Positions 9,005 through 18,276 of a stretch of 64,000 bases of DNA are shown piece by piece. Below the pieces are notes generated by a model, which had not been told where the DNA came from, ran no database searches, and saw only the letters and a list, made by a program, of their open reading frames with translations. The DNA is from Patescibacteria group bacterium (GTDB lineage: Bacteria > Patescibacteriota > Patescibacteriia > Patescibacteriales > Patescibacteriaceae). The translations under genes and the position numbers were made by a program. The stretch spans positions 8,037-72,036 of the forward strand of contig JAQWEL010000003.1 of the NCBI GenBank assembly GCA_028704945.1, in the 5' to 3' direction. Position 1 is the stretch's first letter; each line of letters opens with the position of its first letter.

Positions 9005-9191
9005 TATATAGCTTTTTGAATTAGCACGAAATCTGGCAATTCAGTTTAGTAAAACTAGCGTCGTTGCTCCACAACTCCTCAAAAAATATTTATTAATTTT
9101 ATATAAGTATTTTTTCGTCAGACATGTGTCCCATCACTCCTTGTTTTACTACTGAATTGAAACAATTTCTCATAATTAAAAAAACTATATA
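9005..9191. repeat. 187-bp element with ~50-nt imperfect terminal inverted repeats (MITE-like or structured RNA)
   Basis: The left arm TATATAGCTTTTTGAATTAGCACGAAATCTGGCAATTCAGTTTAGTAAAAC pairs with the reverse complement of 9143-9191 (TATATAGTTTTTTTAATTATGAGAAATTGTTTCAATTCAGTAGTAAAAC). The core stem is 9037-9055 / 9143-9159. Confidence 0.4.
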
Positions 9192-9243
9192 AAAATATTT
9201 TTAAGACAAGTATCAAATATGCGTGGTTAGAATTTATTTAAGT

Positions 9244-10269
9244 ATGGATTATCTCTTATTATTTATCTTTTGTTTTTTGTTATCAGCTGTATCCACAACA
9301 ATTGTTAGTGGCTTAGCTTTTAAGTTTAAAGCTTTAGATATTCCGCGCGACCGACATCAACATAAAAACGTTACGCCTTTGTGGGGCGGAACAGCTATTT
9401 TTATCGCTTTGGCAATAATTTTATTTATTACCAAAGATAAGCTATTAGTTGGGGAGCTTAATATTTATCATTGGTTGGGAGTTTTGGCCGGAGCATTGAC
9501 TATCATTATTGGCGGGATGATCGATGACAAATTTAATCTAACTCCAGTAAAACAGCTTATTTTTCCTATATTAGCGTCAATTTTTGTAATTATCGGCGGT
9601 GTGAGTATTGAAAAGATTTCTAATCCTTTTGGCGGGGTGCTTTATATACCGGCGGCCGTAAGCGCTATTTTTATAATTTTGTGGCTGATGGGAATGATGT
9701 ATACTACAAAGTTATTAGACGGTTTAGATGGTTTGGTTTCAGGCGTTGGCGCAATCGGCGCTTTTATAATTTTTTTGTTCACAATCACGACTCGCTGGTT
9801 TCAACCTGATGTTGCTTGGGCGGCTTTAGCAGTATCTGGTGTGCTGGCTGGTTTCTTATATTGGAATTGGCATCCGGCTAAAATATTTTTAGGGGAAGGT
9901 GGGTCGTTGCTAATCGGTTTTTTATTAGGCGCTTTATCAATAATTTCCGGCGGCAAGATTGCCGTTGCCTTATTGATTATGGGCGTACCGATTTTAGATG
10001 TTGCTTGGACTATTATTAGACGTCTTTTGGCTGGCAAAAATCCTTTAAAAACAGCTGATAGAAAACATTTGCATTTCAGACTGCTTGAAGCCGGCTTATC
10101 CGTTAAACAATCAGTTTTGGTTTTTTACGCCGCCGCTGTTATTTTTGGCTTATCAGCTTTGTTTTTACAGTCGCGCGGTAAATTATTTTTATTGCTAATA
10201 TTAGTCATTTTAATTATTTTAGGTTTATTTGGGTTTAATTGGCTTGACAAAAGGACTAATACACGTTAA
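9244..10269 (+). CDS. glycosyltransferase family 4 (MraY/WecA-type polyprenyl-phosphate sugar-1-phosphate transferase)
   Basis: Polytopic protein with GGMIDDKFNL and TKLLDGLDGL motifs typical of the MraY/WecA family. ATG at 9244 is preferred over the GTG at 9223 used in the ORF track. Confidence 0.85.
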   Translation: MDYLLLFIFCFLLSAVSTTIVSGLAFKFKALDIPRDRHQHKNVTPLWGGTAIFIALAIILFITKDKLLVGELNIYHWLGVLAGALTIIIGGMIDDKFNLTPVKQLIFPILASIFVIIGGVSIEKISNPFGGVLYIPAAVSAIFIILWLMGMMYTTKLLDGLDGLVSGVGAIGAFIIFLFTITTRWFQPDVAWAALAVSGVLAGFLYWNWHPAKIFLGEGGSLLIGFLLGALSIISGGKIAVALLIMGVPILDVAWTIIRRLLAGKNPLKTADRKHLHFRLLEAGLSVKQSVLVFYAAAVIFGLSALFLQSRGKLFLLLILVILIILGLFGFNWLDKRTNTR

Positions 10270-10313
10270 ATTTAATTCTATTGTAAAATAATAAAAAGTA
10301 AATTTATAAATTT

Positions 10314-10628
10314 ATGGCTAAGATTGCAGTAATCAAGACTGGCGGCAAGCAATACAAAGTGAAAGAAGGCCAAGCTATTAAAATCGAAAAATTAGACGGT
10401 GAAATTGGTTCCGAAGTTAAATTTGAAACTTTATTACTTGGAGACTCTGAAACCGGTGACATGACTTTGGGCAAGCCTTCGTTGGGCGAAAAAGTTGAAG
10501 CTAAGATTTTGGAACAAGGCAAGGCTGATAAAGTCAGCGTTATTAAATTCAAAAATAAAACTCATTACAAGAGAAATGTCGGACATCGCCAACTTTTTTC
10601 TAAAGTAGAAATTGCTAAAATCGCTTAA
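10314..10628 (+). CDS. rplU: 50S ribosomal protein L21 (bL21)
   Basis: 104 aa with MAKIAVIKTGGKQYKVKEGQ and GHRQ near the C-terminus. Confidence 0.95.
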   Translation: MAKIAVIKTGGKQYKVKEGQAIKIEKLDGEIGSEVKFETLLLGDSETGDMTLGKPSLGEKVEAKILEQGKADKVSVIKFKNKTHYKRNVGHRQLFSKVEIAKIA

Positions 10629-10750
10629 CACAATAGTTTACCTAAAAAAGCCCTCTTTAACGGAGAGCTTTTTTATTTTGAACGAATTCTTCAAAGAGCC
10701 TTAATTCTTGATAGTAGGTCATTGAATTTTTCCTTAAAATTTGAAAGAAC

Positions 10751-11365
10751 TTAATTTATTTGATTGTTTTTAAATTCACGGCGATATTGAAGAGCATGCG
10801 ATAATGTTAATTCATCGGCATAGTCAATCGATGAACCTTGAGCTAAGCCTCTGGCTAATCTGGTAATGCGGATATTGCTCGCTGATAAGATGCGTTGTAA
10901 ATAAAGACAAGTTGTTTCTCCCTCAAGATCGGGGTTGAGCGCCAAGATAATTTCTTTAATTTGGTTGCTTGAGATTTTGTGAGTTAATGAGGAAATATTT
11001 AGGTCAGCCGGATTGATATCTTTGATAGTGTTTAGAGTCCCTCCTAAGACATGATATAGCCCGTGATACTGATTGGTGTTTTCAATCGCTAAGACGTCTT
11101 TAGTTTCAGCAACGATGCATAGGTTGCTTTGATCTCGCCGTTTATCTGAGCAGATATGGCAAGGTGAGGCGCTGGCAATCGAATGGCAAACGGAACAGAC
11201 GGTCAAATCACTTTTTAAATTAGTAATAGCGTTCGCTAAGTCGTTTAAGTATAATTGATCTTTATTAAGCAAACTTAACACAAACCTTTCGGCAGTCTTT
11301 GGACCGACCGAAGGCCATCTGGTTAGAAGTTCAATTAATTTTTGGATAGACTGCGGGTAACGCAT
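10751..11365 (-). CDS. recR: recombination protein RecR
   Basis: 204 aa with LPSVGPKTAERF-type HhH (RWPSVGPKTAERF), a C4 zinc finger CSVCHS...CHICSD and a Toprim region. Confidence 0.95.
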   Translation of the reverse strand: MRYPQSIQKLIELLTRWPSVGPKTAERFVLSLLNKDQLYLNDLANAITNLKSDLTVCSVCHSIASASPCHICSDKRRDQSNLCIVAETKDVLAIENTNQYHGLYHVLGGTLNTIKDINPADLNISSLTHKISSNQIKEIILALNPDLEGETTCLYLQRILSASNIRITRLARGLAQGSSIDYADELTLSHALQYRREFKNNQIN

Positions 11366-11402
11366 AATAAAATAGGCCGGTTTTAAGCAGCCTATTAGTT
11401 AT

Positions 11403-11684
11403 TTATTTCAGAAGGTCAGAGAGGCCAGGCATATTACCCATCTCTTGCATCTTTTTGGCCATAGCCATTTGAGTTTTTTTAACGGCATCGTTGATACAGT
11501 GTTTGAGGTCATTTTCTAAATTTTCTGATCCAGCCGGTAATTTGATTGTCAACACTTCCATATTGCCATTCATAGTGATACTGATATTGCCTTTTTGCGC
11601 GCTGACCATTTCGGTAGCTAGAGCATCTTGCATCACTTTAGCTTGATTTTTCAAATCTTTGATTTGTTTGAGTTTGTTGAACAT
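11403..11684 (-). CDS. ybaB: YbaB/EbfC family nucleoid-associated protein
   Basis: MFNKLKQIKDLKNQAKVMQDAL...GNMPGLSDLLK, sitting upstream of recR as usual. The start was moved to ATG 11684, because the ORF-track start at 11741 overlaps dnaB. Confidence 0.85.
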   Translation of the reverse strand: MFNKLKQIKDLKNQAKVMQDALATEMVSAQKGNISITMNGNMEVLTIKLPAGSENLENDLKHCINDAVKKTQMAMAKKMQEMGNMPGLSDLLK

Positions 11685-11694
11685 AAATTTAAAT

Positions 11695-13089
11695 TTAAAA
11701 TTCAGGTATATTATCAATGCCGCCCAAGCGAGAAGCATCATTCATAAAGCTAACTGTTTCTTGATTAAAACGCAAATTTATTTTTCCGGTCGGGCCATTT
11801 CTATGTTTAGCGACGTGTATTTCGGCTTGCGATTTTTCGTCATTGGTTAAACTGTCTAAATCATAATTGCGGTCAGCTGATTTTCGATAGATAAACATAA
11901 CTACATCAGCGTCTTGTTCGATTGAGCCTGATTCGCGCAAGTGGGCTAAGCGAGGTATAGCCGGTTTCATTTGTTCGACTTGGCGGGAAAGCTGAGAGAG
12001 GGCGATAATCGGTATATTTAATTCGCGGGCAATAATTTTAAGCGAACGGGATATCTCAGAAACTTCTTGCACACGATTGTCTTTGTAACGGCCGCGCCCT
12101 TCCATTAATTGCAAGTAGTCTATAACGATTAAGCCAAGACCGTGTTCCATCTGCAAGCGCCTTGCCTTAGTTCTAATCTGCATGATATTGGCGCCGGCAG
12201 CATCATCAATATAGATAGGGGATTCGGCTAATTTTCCCATACCTTCGCCAATGCGTAAAAAGTCGTCATCAGAAGCATTGTCTGACAAACTGCCAGTACG
12301 CATTTTCCAAAGAGAAACTCCGGCTTGCGCAGCTAACATTCTGTCGACTAATTGTTCTTTACTCATTTCTAAACTGAAGATGCCGACAGGAATTTTATTG
12401 GCAATCGCTGCTTGGCGAGCCAAATCAAGCGCGAAAGATGTTTTGCCGACTGACGGACGAGCAGCGATAATAACTAAATCAGATTTATGCAAGCCGCCTA
12501 ATAATTTATCAAGATCATTAAAACCAGTAGCAATACCGCGCATCTTACCAGCATTTTTGGAAAATTCTTCAATACGTTCAAATGCGCCAGACAGTAAACT
12601 TTCAATGGATACGAAAGATTGTTTAACGAATTTTTGGCTGACACTGAATATTTTTTGTTCAGCCGAATCTAATAATTCATCCAATTCTTCGCCTTCTTCA
12701 TAACCTAATTCGGAAATTTGCGAGGCCGCATAAATTAATTTTCTAAGAGTTGATTTTTTTTGGATTAATTCAGCGTGATACTCAACATTAGCTGAAGTTC
12801 CGACCATGTTGGATAGTTGAGCGATATATGATCGTCCGCCAACAATCTCCAATTTGCCGCGTTCTTCCAGACGACTGGTCAAACTTAAAATATCAATCGG
12901 TTCGTGCCGGCCGAATAAGTCTTGCATCGCCTCGTAAATCCGACTGTGCGCTTCTTTGTAAAAATCATCAGGATTAATAAGGTCAGCGACTTTAATAATG
13001 GCTTGTGGGTCAATTAAAATACTACCGAGTACATAATACTCAGCTTCTAAGTTTTGAGGGGGTAATTTCATTGGTGTTTCCAGCGCCAT
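11695..13089 (-). CDS. dnaB: replicative DNA helicase DnaB
   Basis: 464 aa with PQNLEAEYYVLGSIL, GFNDLDKLLGGLHKSDLVIIAARPSVGKTSFAL (Walker A) and LIVIDYLQLM. Confidence 0.95.
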   Translation of the reverse strand: MALETPMKLPPQNLEAEYYVLGSILIDPQAIIKVADLINPDDFYKEAHSRIYEAMQDLFGRHEPIDILSLTSRLEERGKLEIVGGRSYIAQLSNMVGTSANVEYHAELIQKKSTLRKLIYAASQISELGYEEGEELDELLDSAEQKIFSVSQKFVKQSFVSIESLLSGAFERIEEFSKNAGKMRGIATGFNDLDKLLGGLHKSDLVIIAARPSVGKTSFALDLARQAAIANKIPVGIFSLEMSKEQLVDRMLAAQAGVSLWKMRTGSLSDNASDDDFLRIGEGMGKLAESPIYIDDAAGANIMQIRTKARRLQMEHGLGLIVIDYLQLMEGRGRYKDNRVQEVSEISRSLKIIARELNIPIIALSQLSRQVEQMKPAIPRLAHLRESGSIEQDADVVMFIYRKSADRNYDLDSLTNDEKSQAEIHVAKHRNGPTGKINLRFNQETVSFMNDASRLGGIDNIPEF

Positions 13090-13229
13090 AAGTCCTGTTT
13101 AATGTTAGTATATATTACCCTGAACTTAAAGGTTTTTCAATATTGACAATAGTTCATTTTTTATAAATTATAGTGTTTATGAATAAATAAAAGTCATTTT
13201 AGAGATAATAGCCTTGTTTTAGCGATTAT

Positions 13230-13282
13230 TTGACAAAAAAATAATTGTGTAGTAAATTACCTACTAAATTAGTAGGTAATTT
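13230..13282 (+). promoter_or_regulatory. isc operon promoter with an overlapping 13-3-13 perfect palindrome (probable Rrf2/IscR operator)
   Basis: TTGACA 13230-13235, a 17-nt spacer, then TAAATT 13253-13258. The palindrome AAATTACCTACTA-aat-TAGTAGGTAATTT at 13254-13282 overlaps the -10 and ends 8 nt before the start codon. Confidence 0.55.
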
Positions 13283-13290
13283 ATTTAATT

Positions 13291-13689
13291 ATGAAACTGT
13301 CAACCAAAGCGACTTACGGTTTAAGAGCATTGATCGAATTAGCCCGTGTTTATCCTGATAGCTTGTCTTTAGGAGAAATTTCTAAGGTGGAAAAAATTTC
13401 TTTAAAATACTTAGAAGCTATTTTTTCTCGCTTAAAAAAAGCCCAGTTAGTTGAATCTGTTAAAGGGGCAGCTGGCGGATATTTTTTAGCTAAAAATCCG
13501 GAAAAAATTAGTGCTGAAGATATATTGGAAGCATTAGGAGAAGGTTTGCCAACAGCTCATTGCTTAGGCAGTCAAGGTAAGCGGTTTTGTACTCCCAAAT
13601 GTCAATGCGGAGTCGGTAAGCTGATGTTGGAAATAGAAAAATCAGTTGCCACCGCGTTAAATAATTTTTCATTAAAAGATTTAATTTAA
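13291..13689 (+). CDS. iscR: Rrf2-family transcriptional regulator (IscR-like)
   Basis: MKLSTKATYGLRALIELA wHTH N-terminus and a C-terminal Cys cluster (HCLGSQGKRFCTPKCQC). It is the first gene of the Fe-S operon. Confidence 0.8.
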   Translation: MKLSTKATYGLRALIELARVYPDSLSLGEISKVEKISLKYLEAIFSRLKKAQLVESVKGAAGGYFLAKNPEKISAEDILEALGEGLPTAHCLGSQGKRFCTPKCQCGVGKLMLEIEKSVATALNNFSLKDLI

Positions 13690-13694
13690 ACTAT

Positions 13695-14063
13695 ATGTAT
13701 TCTCAAAAAGTAATCGATCATTTTAAAAATCCTCATAACCAAGGTTCAATTGCCGATGCCGATGCTATTGGCCAAGAGGGCAATCCTGTTTGCGGAGATA
13801 TCATGAAGATATATTTAAAGATAAATAATAATATAATTGAAGACATAAAGTTTGAAACCTTGGGTTGCGCCGCCGCCATTGCTGTTTCTTCGGCTTTGAC
13901 TGACATTGCCAAAGGTAAAACGCTCGATGAAGCCTTGCTCTTGACTAAAGACGCAATCGTTGAGGATTTGGGCGGTTTGCCAGCTCCTAAAATTCATTGT
14001 TCAATGCTGGGAGTTGAAGCGCTTCATTCGGCTATTAAGCAATATCAAACTAATCATAAATAA
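13695..14063 (+). CDS. iscU: Fe-S cluster assembly scaffold IscU/NifU-N
   Basis: GNPVCGDIMKIYL, FETLGCAAAIA and PKIHCSML provide the three conserved cysteines. Confidence 0.9.
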   Translation: MYSQKVIDHFKNPHNQGSIADADAIGQEGNPVCGDIMKIYLKINNNIIEDIKFETLGCAAAIAVSSALTDIAKGKTLDEALLLTKDAIVEDLGGLPAPKIHCSMLGVEALHSAIKQYQTNHK

Positions 14064-14069
14064 AAATAT

Positions 14070-14306
14070 ATGAATAAAGAAATCGAAACAAAAATTTTAT
14101 CCGCCTTAGAAGCTGTCCGTCCCAGCTTGCAAGTTGATGGCGGAGACGTAGCTTTCCGCGAATTTGATCCAGCAACAGGCATTGTTAAAGTTGAATTACA
14201 AGGCATGTGCAAGGGTTGTCCGATGGCTGAAGTAACTTTAAAGATGTATATCGAGCAAGAATTAAAAGAAAGTGTGCCCGAGGTTACCGAAGTTCAAGGT
14301 GTTTAA
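14070..14306 (+). CDS. NifU C-terminal (Nfu-type) Fe-S carrier domain protein
   Basis: 78 aa with LQVDGGDV and the GMCKGCPMAEVTLK CxxC motif. Confidence 0.8.
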   Translation: MNKEIETKILSALEAVRPSLQVDGGDVAFREFDPATGIVKVELQGMCKGCPMAEVTLKMYIEQELKESVPEVTEVQGV

Positions 14307-14344
14307 TTTTTTAAATATTTAGTTTGCGGATAAATTTTAATTAT

Positions 14345-15616
14345 ATGTCTTTCAAATATTTTGATCACAGCGCTACCACACCGTTAGATGAGCGAGTAAT
14401 AGCGGCTATGTCGCCTTACTTTAGCGATATTTTTGGCAATGCCTCCTCAATCCATAGTTTTGGCCAGAAAGCGGCTGTAGCTGTTGATGAAGCGCGTTTG
14501 AATATTGCTAATTTTTTTGATTGCCTGCCAACCGAAGTGATTTTTACTTCAGGGGCGACTGAGGCTAATAATTTAGCTATTAAAGGCTTGGCGCAGGGTT
14601 TAAAAATTAGAGGGATTGAAAAACCTCATTTTATTACTAGCGCTGTCGAACATGACGCCGTTATCGAACCGATGAATATTTTGGAACGCGACGGCTTGAT
14701 TGAATTGACCGTTTTAGACGTTGACTCTAATGGTATTGTTAATATCAGCGAGCTTAAAAATGCTATTAAAGATAATACTGTCCTGGTTTCCATAATGTAT
14801 GTTAATAGCGAGGTTGGAGCAGCCCAACCGATTAAGGAGATTGGCGAATTGATTAAAAATATCAACGCTGATCGCCAGAACTTGTGGCTGAAAAAATCTT
14901 CAGGTATCCGTGGCGAAAAGCCAGTTAAGATTTATTTTCATACTGATGCTACTCAAGCTGTTAATTTTTTTGATTGTAATACTAGTAATTTGAATATTGA
15001 TTTATTGTCTTTTTCCGCTCATAAGATTTACGGACCAAAAGGTATCGGCGCTTTAATCGTCAAATCAGGCGTACCGATTGTCGCCTTGATTCATGGCGGG
15101 CATCACGAACGCAATCTGCGTTCCGGCACTTTAAATGTTTCCGGTATTGTTGGTATGTCAGCCGCTTTAAATATTATTAAAGAAGAGCAAACTTCAAATA
15201 ATCAAAAAATTGCTGAAGTTAGAGATTATTTAGTTGATAATGTTTTAAAAAATATTTCCGGCGTTAAATTGACGACTAATACCGATCAAGCCACCCCAGC
15301 TCATGCTCATTTTTTATTTTCAGGCGCTGAAGGGGAGGCTATTTTAATGGCGCTTGATTTAGAAGCGGATATTGCTGTTTCAACTGGCTCAGCTTGCGCT
15401 TCTAATACGCTTGGCGCCTCTAAAGTGCTGTTGGCTATGGGTTATAAACAAGAAGAAACTCACGGCGCGATTAGATTTTCTTTAGGCAAAAAAAATACTA
15501 AAGAAGATATCGACGAGTTAATGAAATATTTACCAAGTATTATTGATAAGTTTAGAAAGATGGCGCCTGATTTAAAGGCGTTTGAAGGTAAAAGTTTTGA
15601 AGTGCATAATGGCTAA
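14345..15616 (+). CDS. iscS: cysteine desulfurase (IscS/NifS class)
   Basis: YFDHSATTP, SFSAHKIYGPKGIGAL (PLP lysine) and STGSACAS (active-site Cys). ATG at 14345 is preferred over the TTG at 14324. Confidence 0.9.
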   Translation: MSFKYFDHSATTPLDERVIAAMSPYFSDIFGNASSIHSFGQKAAVAVDEARLNIANFFDCLPTEVIFTSGATEANNLAIKGLAQGLKIRGIEKPHFITSAVEHDAVIEPMNILERDGLIELTVLDVDSNGIVNISELKNAIKDNTVLVSIMYVNSEVGAAQPIKEIGELIKNINADRQNLWLKKSSGIRGEKPVKIYFHTDATQAVNFFDCNTSNLNIDLLSFSAHKIYGPKGIGALIVKSGVPIVALIHGGHHERNLRSGTLNVSGIVGMSAALNIIKEEQTSNNQKIAEVRDYLVDNVLKNISGVKLTTNTDQATPAHAHFLFSGAEGEAILMALDLEADIAVSTGSACASNTLGASKVLLAMGYKQEETHGAIRFSLGKKNTKEDIDELMKYLPSIIDKFRKMAPDLKAFEGKSFEVHNG

Positions 15617-15663
15617 AACGATAAAGAATTAATTATAAAATCGCTCCTTAATTGGTGCGGTTT

Positions 15664-16689
15664 TTATAATTCTAATAATAATTTTTCTAAGCTGATTTTA
15701 CCGGCTAAAGTTAGATTAAAGGCTTGTTCTAGCCAGGTGTTGTGTAGCGGATTGGCAAAATATTGCCGCCAGTCTTTTTCATTTTGATAATTGATGTCTG
15801 ACAAATTAGCTGATTCAATCAAGATTAATGAGTCTTTTTCTCCAGTATGATTACATCTTTGACAGCCAGAACCGTAATAAAAGATTTGTTTAGCTAAAAC
15901 ATCTTTGCTTAGACCCAGTTTAGCTTCAGCTTCTTCTTTTAAAAGTTCATTCAAAGGATAAGTGTCTCGGCAATCAACACAAATCAAAGGTATTTCTTTA
16001 GCGTGAATCGCTAAATTGATTTTATTTAAAAAGTTTTTGCCAGACGTAGTTTTAGTGAGTGGCTTCAGTCCGTTCCAGATATTGTCGGCTAAAATTGAGA
16101 TAATGATTAATTTTTTGTCTGCTAAGTCAGCTAATGGCAAAATATCGTCAGCAGGTAGCTCTGTTTCAAGCTGTATAATATCAGCGTCTAAATTTTTTAT
16201 ACCTGTTATCAAGCCGCGCTTAAGTTCCGGACCAATCTCGTTGCTAATATTTATGATATTGTGTGAATCATTGTCAAATGCTTCTAAAATAGCTTTAGCC
16301 AAATTTTTCTTTAGATTTTCTTGAGCTGAAGAGACGATGATAATGCCAGATCGTTTTATTAATGTATTATATAATTCAGATAAATCATTGTTTTCAGATA
16401 AAGCTGTTAAAGACACTTTTGTTTCAGGCTTTAATATAATTTTTGTCTTGGTATTAAAAGGGATTATTTTATAAGAGCTAAGGTAATCAGGTTTGGCCTT
16501 AAATTCTTTTTTAAGACTATTAATCAACATTTCAGGTAATTCGAATGATGAAATGATACTTCCGGATTGATTCTTTATTCCTACTTTTTTTAATTTGAAG
16601 TCAATAGAAATTTCTAAAGCCTTGAGTCTTTTGGCCTCCTGAATAAGCTTGTGTATAGTATTTTTGGCTAAATTTTGATTAAAAACCAT
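15664..16689 (-). CDS. GspE/PilB-like protein with a degenerate nucleotide-binding site
   Basis: The C-terminal half is collinear with secretion ATPases and retains the tetracysteine motif (ICVDCRDTY...GSGCQRCNHTGEKDSLILIE). The Walker A position reads GIIIVSSAQENLKKNL instead of GPTGSGKT. Confidence 0.6.
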   Translation of the reverse strand: MVFNQNLAKNTIHKLIQEAKRLKALEISIDFKLKKVGIKNQSGSIISSFELPEMLINSLKKEFKAKPDYLSSYKIIPFNTKTKIILKPETKVSLTALSENNDLSELYNTLIKRSGIIIVSSAQENLKKNLAKAILEAFDNDSHNIINISNEIGPELKRGLITGIKNLDADIIQLETELPADDILPLADLADKKLIIISILADNIWNGLKPLTKTTSGKNFLNKINLAIHAKEIPLICVDCRDTYPLNELLKEEAEAKLGLSKDVLAKQIFYYGSGCQRCNHTGEKDSLILIESANLSDINYQNEKDWRQYFANPLHNTWLEQAFNLTLAGKISLEKLLLEL

Positions 16690-16785
16690 AAAGTTGATGT
16701 TTGTTAATTATAACACAATAGAAAATATTTGCGAACTTCACTAATCCATAGTTTTATGATATAGTATAGGCGTAATATCTAAATT

Positions 16786-17217
16786 ATGAAGCTTTTTGTA
16801 AATAAAATTTTTGGCTGGTTTTCGTTTAAATCTTTATTTTGGACGACTGCTTGGCTTGATTTTTGGCGACCAATTTCGGCTAAAATATACTTAGCCGTGC
16901 TTGTTTTTTTGAATTTAGCAGCTTGGGCATTGTCTTTGGTTATTAAATTTAACTTAAAAGATAGAATGGTCATTTTTCATTATACTATTTTATTCGGAAT
17001 TGATTATATTGCTAAATCAAGCGCTGTTTTTCGTATCCCTATTTATGGTTTATTTTTTATTGTTTTTAATTTTGCAATAGCTTTATTTTTGCACAATAAG
17101 CGGCATGATCGCACCCTGACTCACATTCTTTTGGGGGCAGCGATTGTCGTTAACGTCTTTTTATTGGTTTCTTTAATGTCAATTTATTCTATAAACTACA
17201 TTCATCTTGGCAAATAA
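16786..17217 (+). CDS. polytopic membrane protein (hypothetical)
   Basis: 143 aa with 4 hydrophobic segments. It abuts mraY; its stop at 17215-17217 is 1 nt before the mraY ATG. Confidence 0.5.
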   Translation: MKLFVNKIFGWFSFKSLFWTTAWLDFWRPISAKIYLAVLVFLNLAAWALSLVIKFNLKDRMVIFHYTILFGIDYIAKSSAVFRIPIYGLFFIVFNFAIALFLHNKRHDRTLTHILLGAAIVVNVFLLVSLMSIYSINYIHLGK

Positions 17218-17218
17218 T

Positions 17219-18274
17219 ATGATTGAATTTAATATCTTAAAAATATTGTTTTTAAGCACCTTGGCTTTTTTGTTTACAATCAGTTGGACTCCGTTGTGGA
17301 CAAAGATTCTTTATAAATACAAGCTTGGTAAACAAATACGCAATAGCGGGCTAACACCTGTTTTCTCAGCCCTGCATGCCAAGAAAAGCGGCACGCCGAC
17401 TATGGGCGGAGTGTTGATTTGGGGCACAGTTTTAATTTTTTCCTTTTTATTTTCTTATTTAGCCAATATTTTTCCTGGCTCAATAATTGCTAAGTTTAAT
17501 TTTTTGAGCCGACCGGAAACATTTTTGCCATTAGGAGCATTGATTGCTTCAGCTTTGGTTGGATTATTCGACGACTGGCTTGATGTCAAAGGCAAGGGCG
17601 TTAAAGGCGGAGGTGGCTTGACGATTAAGCACAGGCTTTTGATTTATGCTGTTATTGCCGCTATTGGCGCGTTTTGGTTTTATTTTAAATTAGGCTGGGT
17701 TCATTTAAGCATTCCTTTTGTCGGAACATTTGAAATAGGTTGGTGGTATATTTTGATTTTTATAGGAGCGATTGTTGCCACCAGCTTTTCTGTTAACGAA
17801 ACAGACGGTTTAGACGGCTTAGCTGGCGGAGCGCTGTTGAGCGGTTTTTCTTCTTATGCGGTTATTGCTTTTATGCTGGGCAAATACGATTTAGCCGCTT
17901 TTTGTGCCGTGATTGTCGGAGCGCTATTAGCTTTTTTGTGGTTTAATATCACGCCGGCTAGGTTCTATATGGGCGATACCGGCGCCATGAGCCTGGGAGT
18001 TACTCTGGGAATTATCGCTATGCTGACAGACACGCTTTTTATTTTGCCGATTATCGGTTTGGTCTTCGTGCTTGAGTCATTGTCAGTAATGATTCAGCTT
18101 ATTTCTAAAAAATTACGTAATGGCAAGAAAGTTTTTTTGTCTTCGCCGATCCATCATCATCTTGAAGCCGTTGGTTGGTCTGAAGCCAAGATAGTTATGC
18201 GTTTTTGGATTATCGCGGGAGTTAGCGCTGTCTTAGGAGTCTGTATTTTTATTTTAGATAAAATTGCTAAGTAA
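17219..18274 (+). CDS. mraY: phospho-N-acetylmuramoyl-pentapeptide transferase
   Basis: HAKKSGTPTMGG, FDDWLDV, ETDGLDGLAGG and HHHLE motifs. ATG at 17219 is preferred over the TTG at 17207. Confidence 0.95.
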   Translation: MIEFNILKILFLSTLAFLFTISWTPLWTKILYKYKLGKQIRNSGLTPVFSALHAKKSGTPTMGGVLIWGTVLIFSFLFSYLANIFPGSIIAKFNFLSRPETFLPLGALIASALVGLFDDWLDVKGKGVKGGGGLTIKHRLLIYAVIAAIGAFWFYFKLGWVHLSIPFVGTFEIGWWYILIFIGAIVATSFSVNETDGLDGLAGGALLSGFSSYAVIAFMLGKYDLAAFCAVIVGALLAFLWFNITPARFYMGDTGAMSLGVTLGIIAMLTDTLFILPIIGLVFVLESLSVMIQLISKKLRNGKKVFLSSPIHHHLEAVGWSEAKIVMRFWIIAGVSAVLGVCIFILDKIAK

Positions 18275-18276
18275 AT

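Noticed and set aside
10629-10750. Absence of rpmA (L27) downstream of rplU.
   Set aside because: rplU is followed by a plausible hairpin and a convergent recR. L27 is probably encoded elsewhere, and from this window alone that is not informative.
12251-12703. Long antisense ORFs inside conserved genes, for example 12251..12703 in dnaB, 31703..32062 in the GT2 gene, 56262..56594 and 57255..57542 in clpB, 3794..4120 in nusG and 47614..48018 in murF.
   Set aside because: They are shadow ORFs on the opposite strand of well-supported genes. They have low-complexity or odd composition, no RBS and no recognisable motifs.
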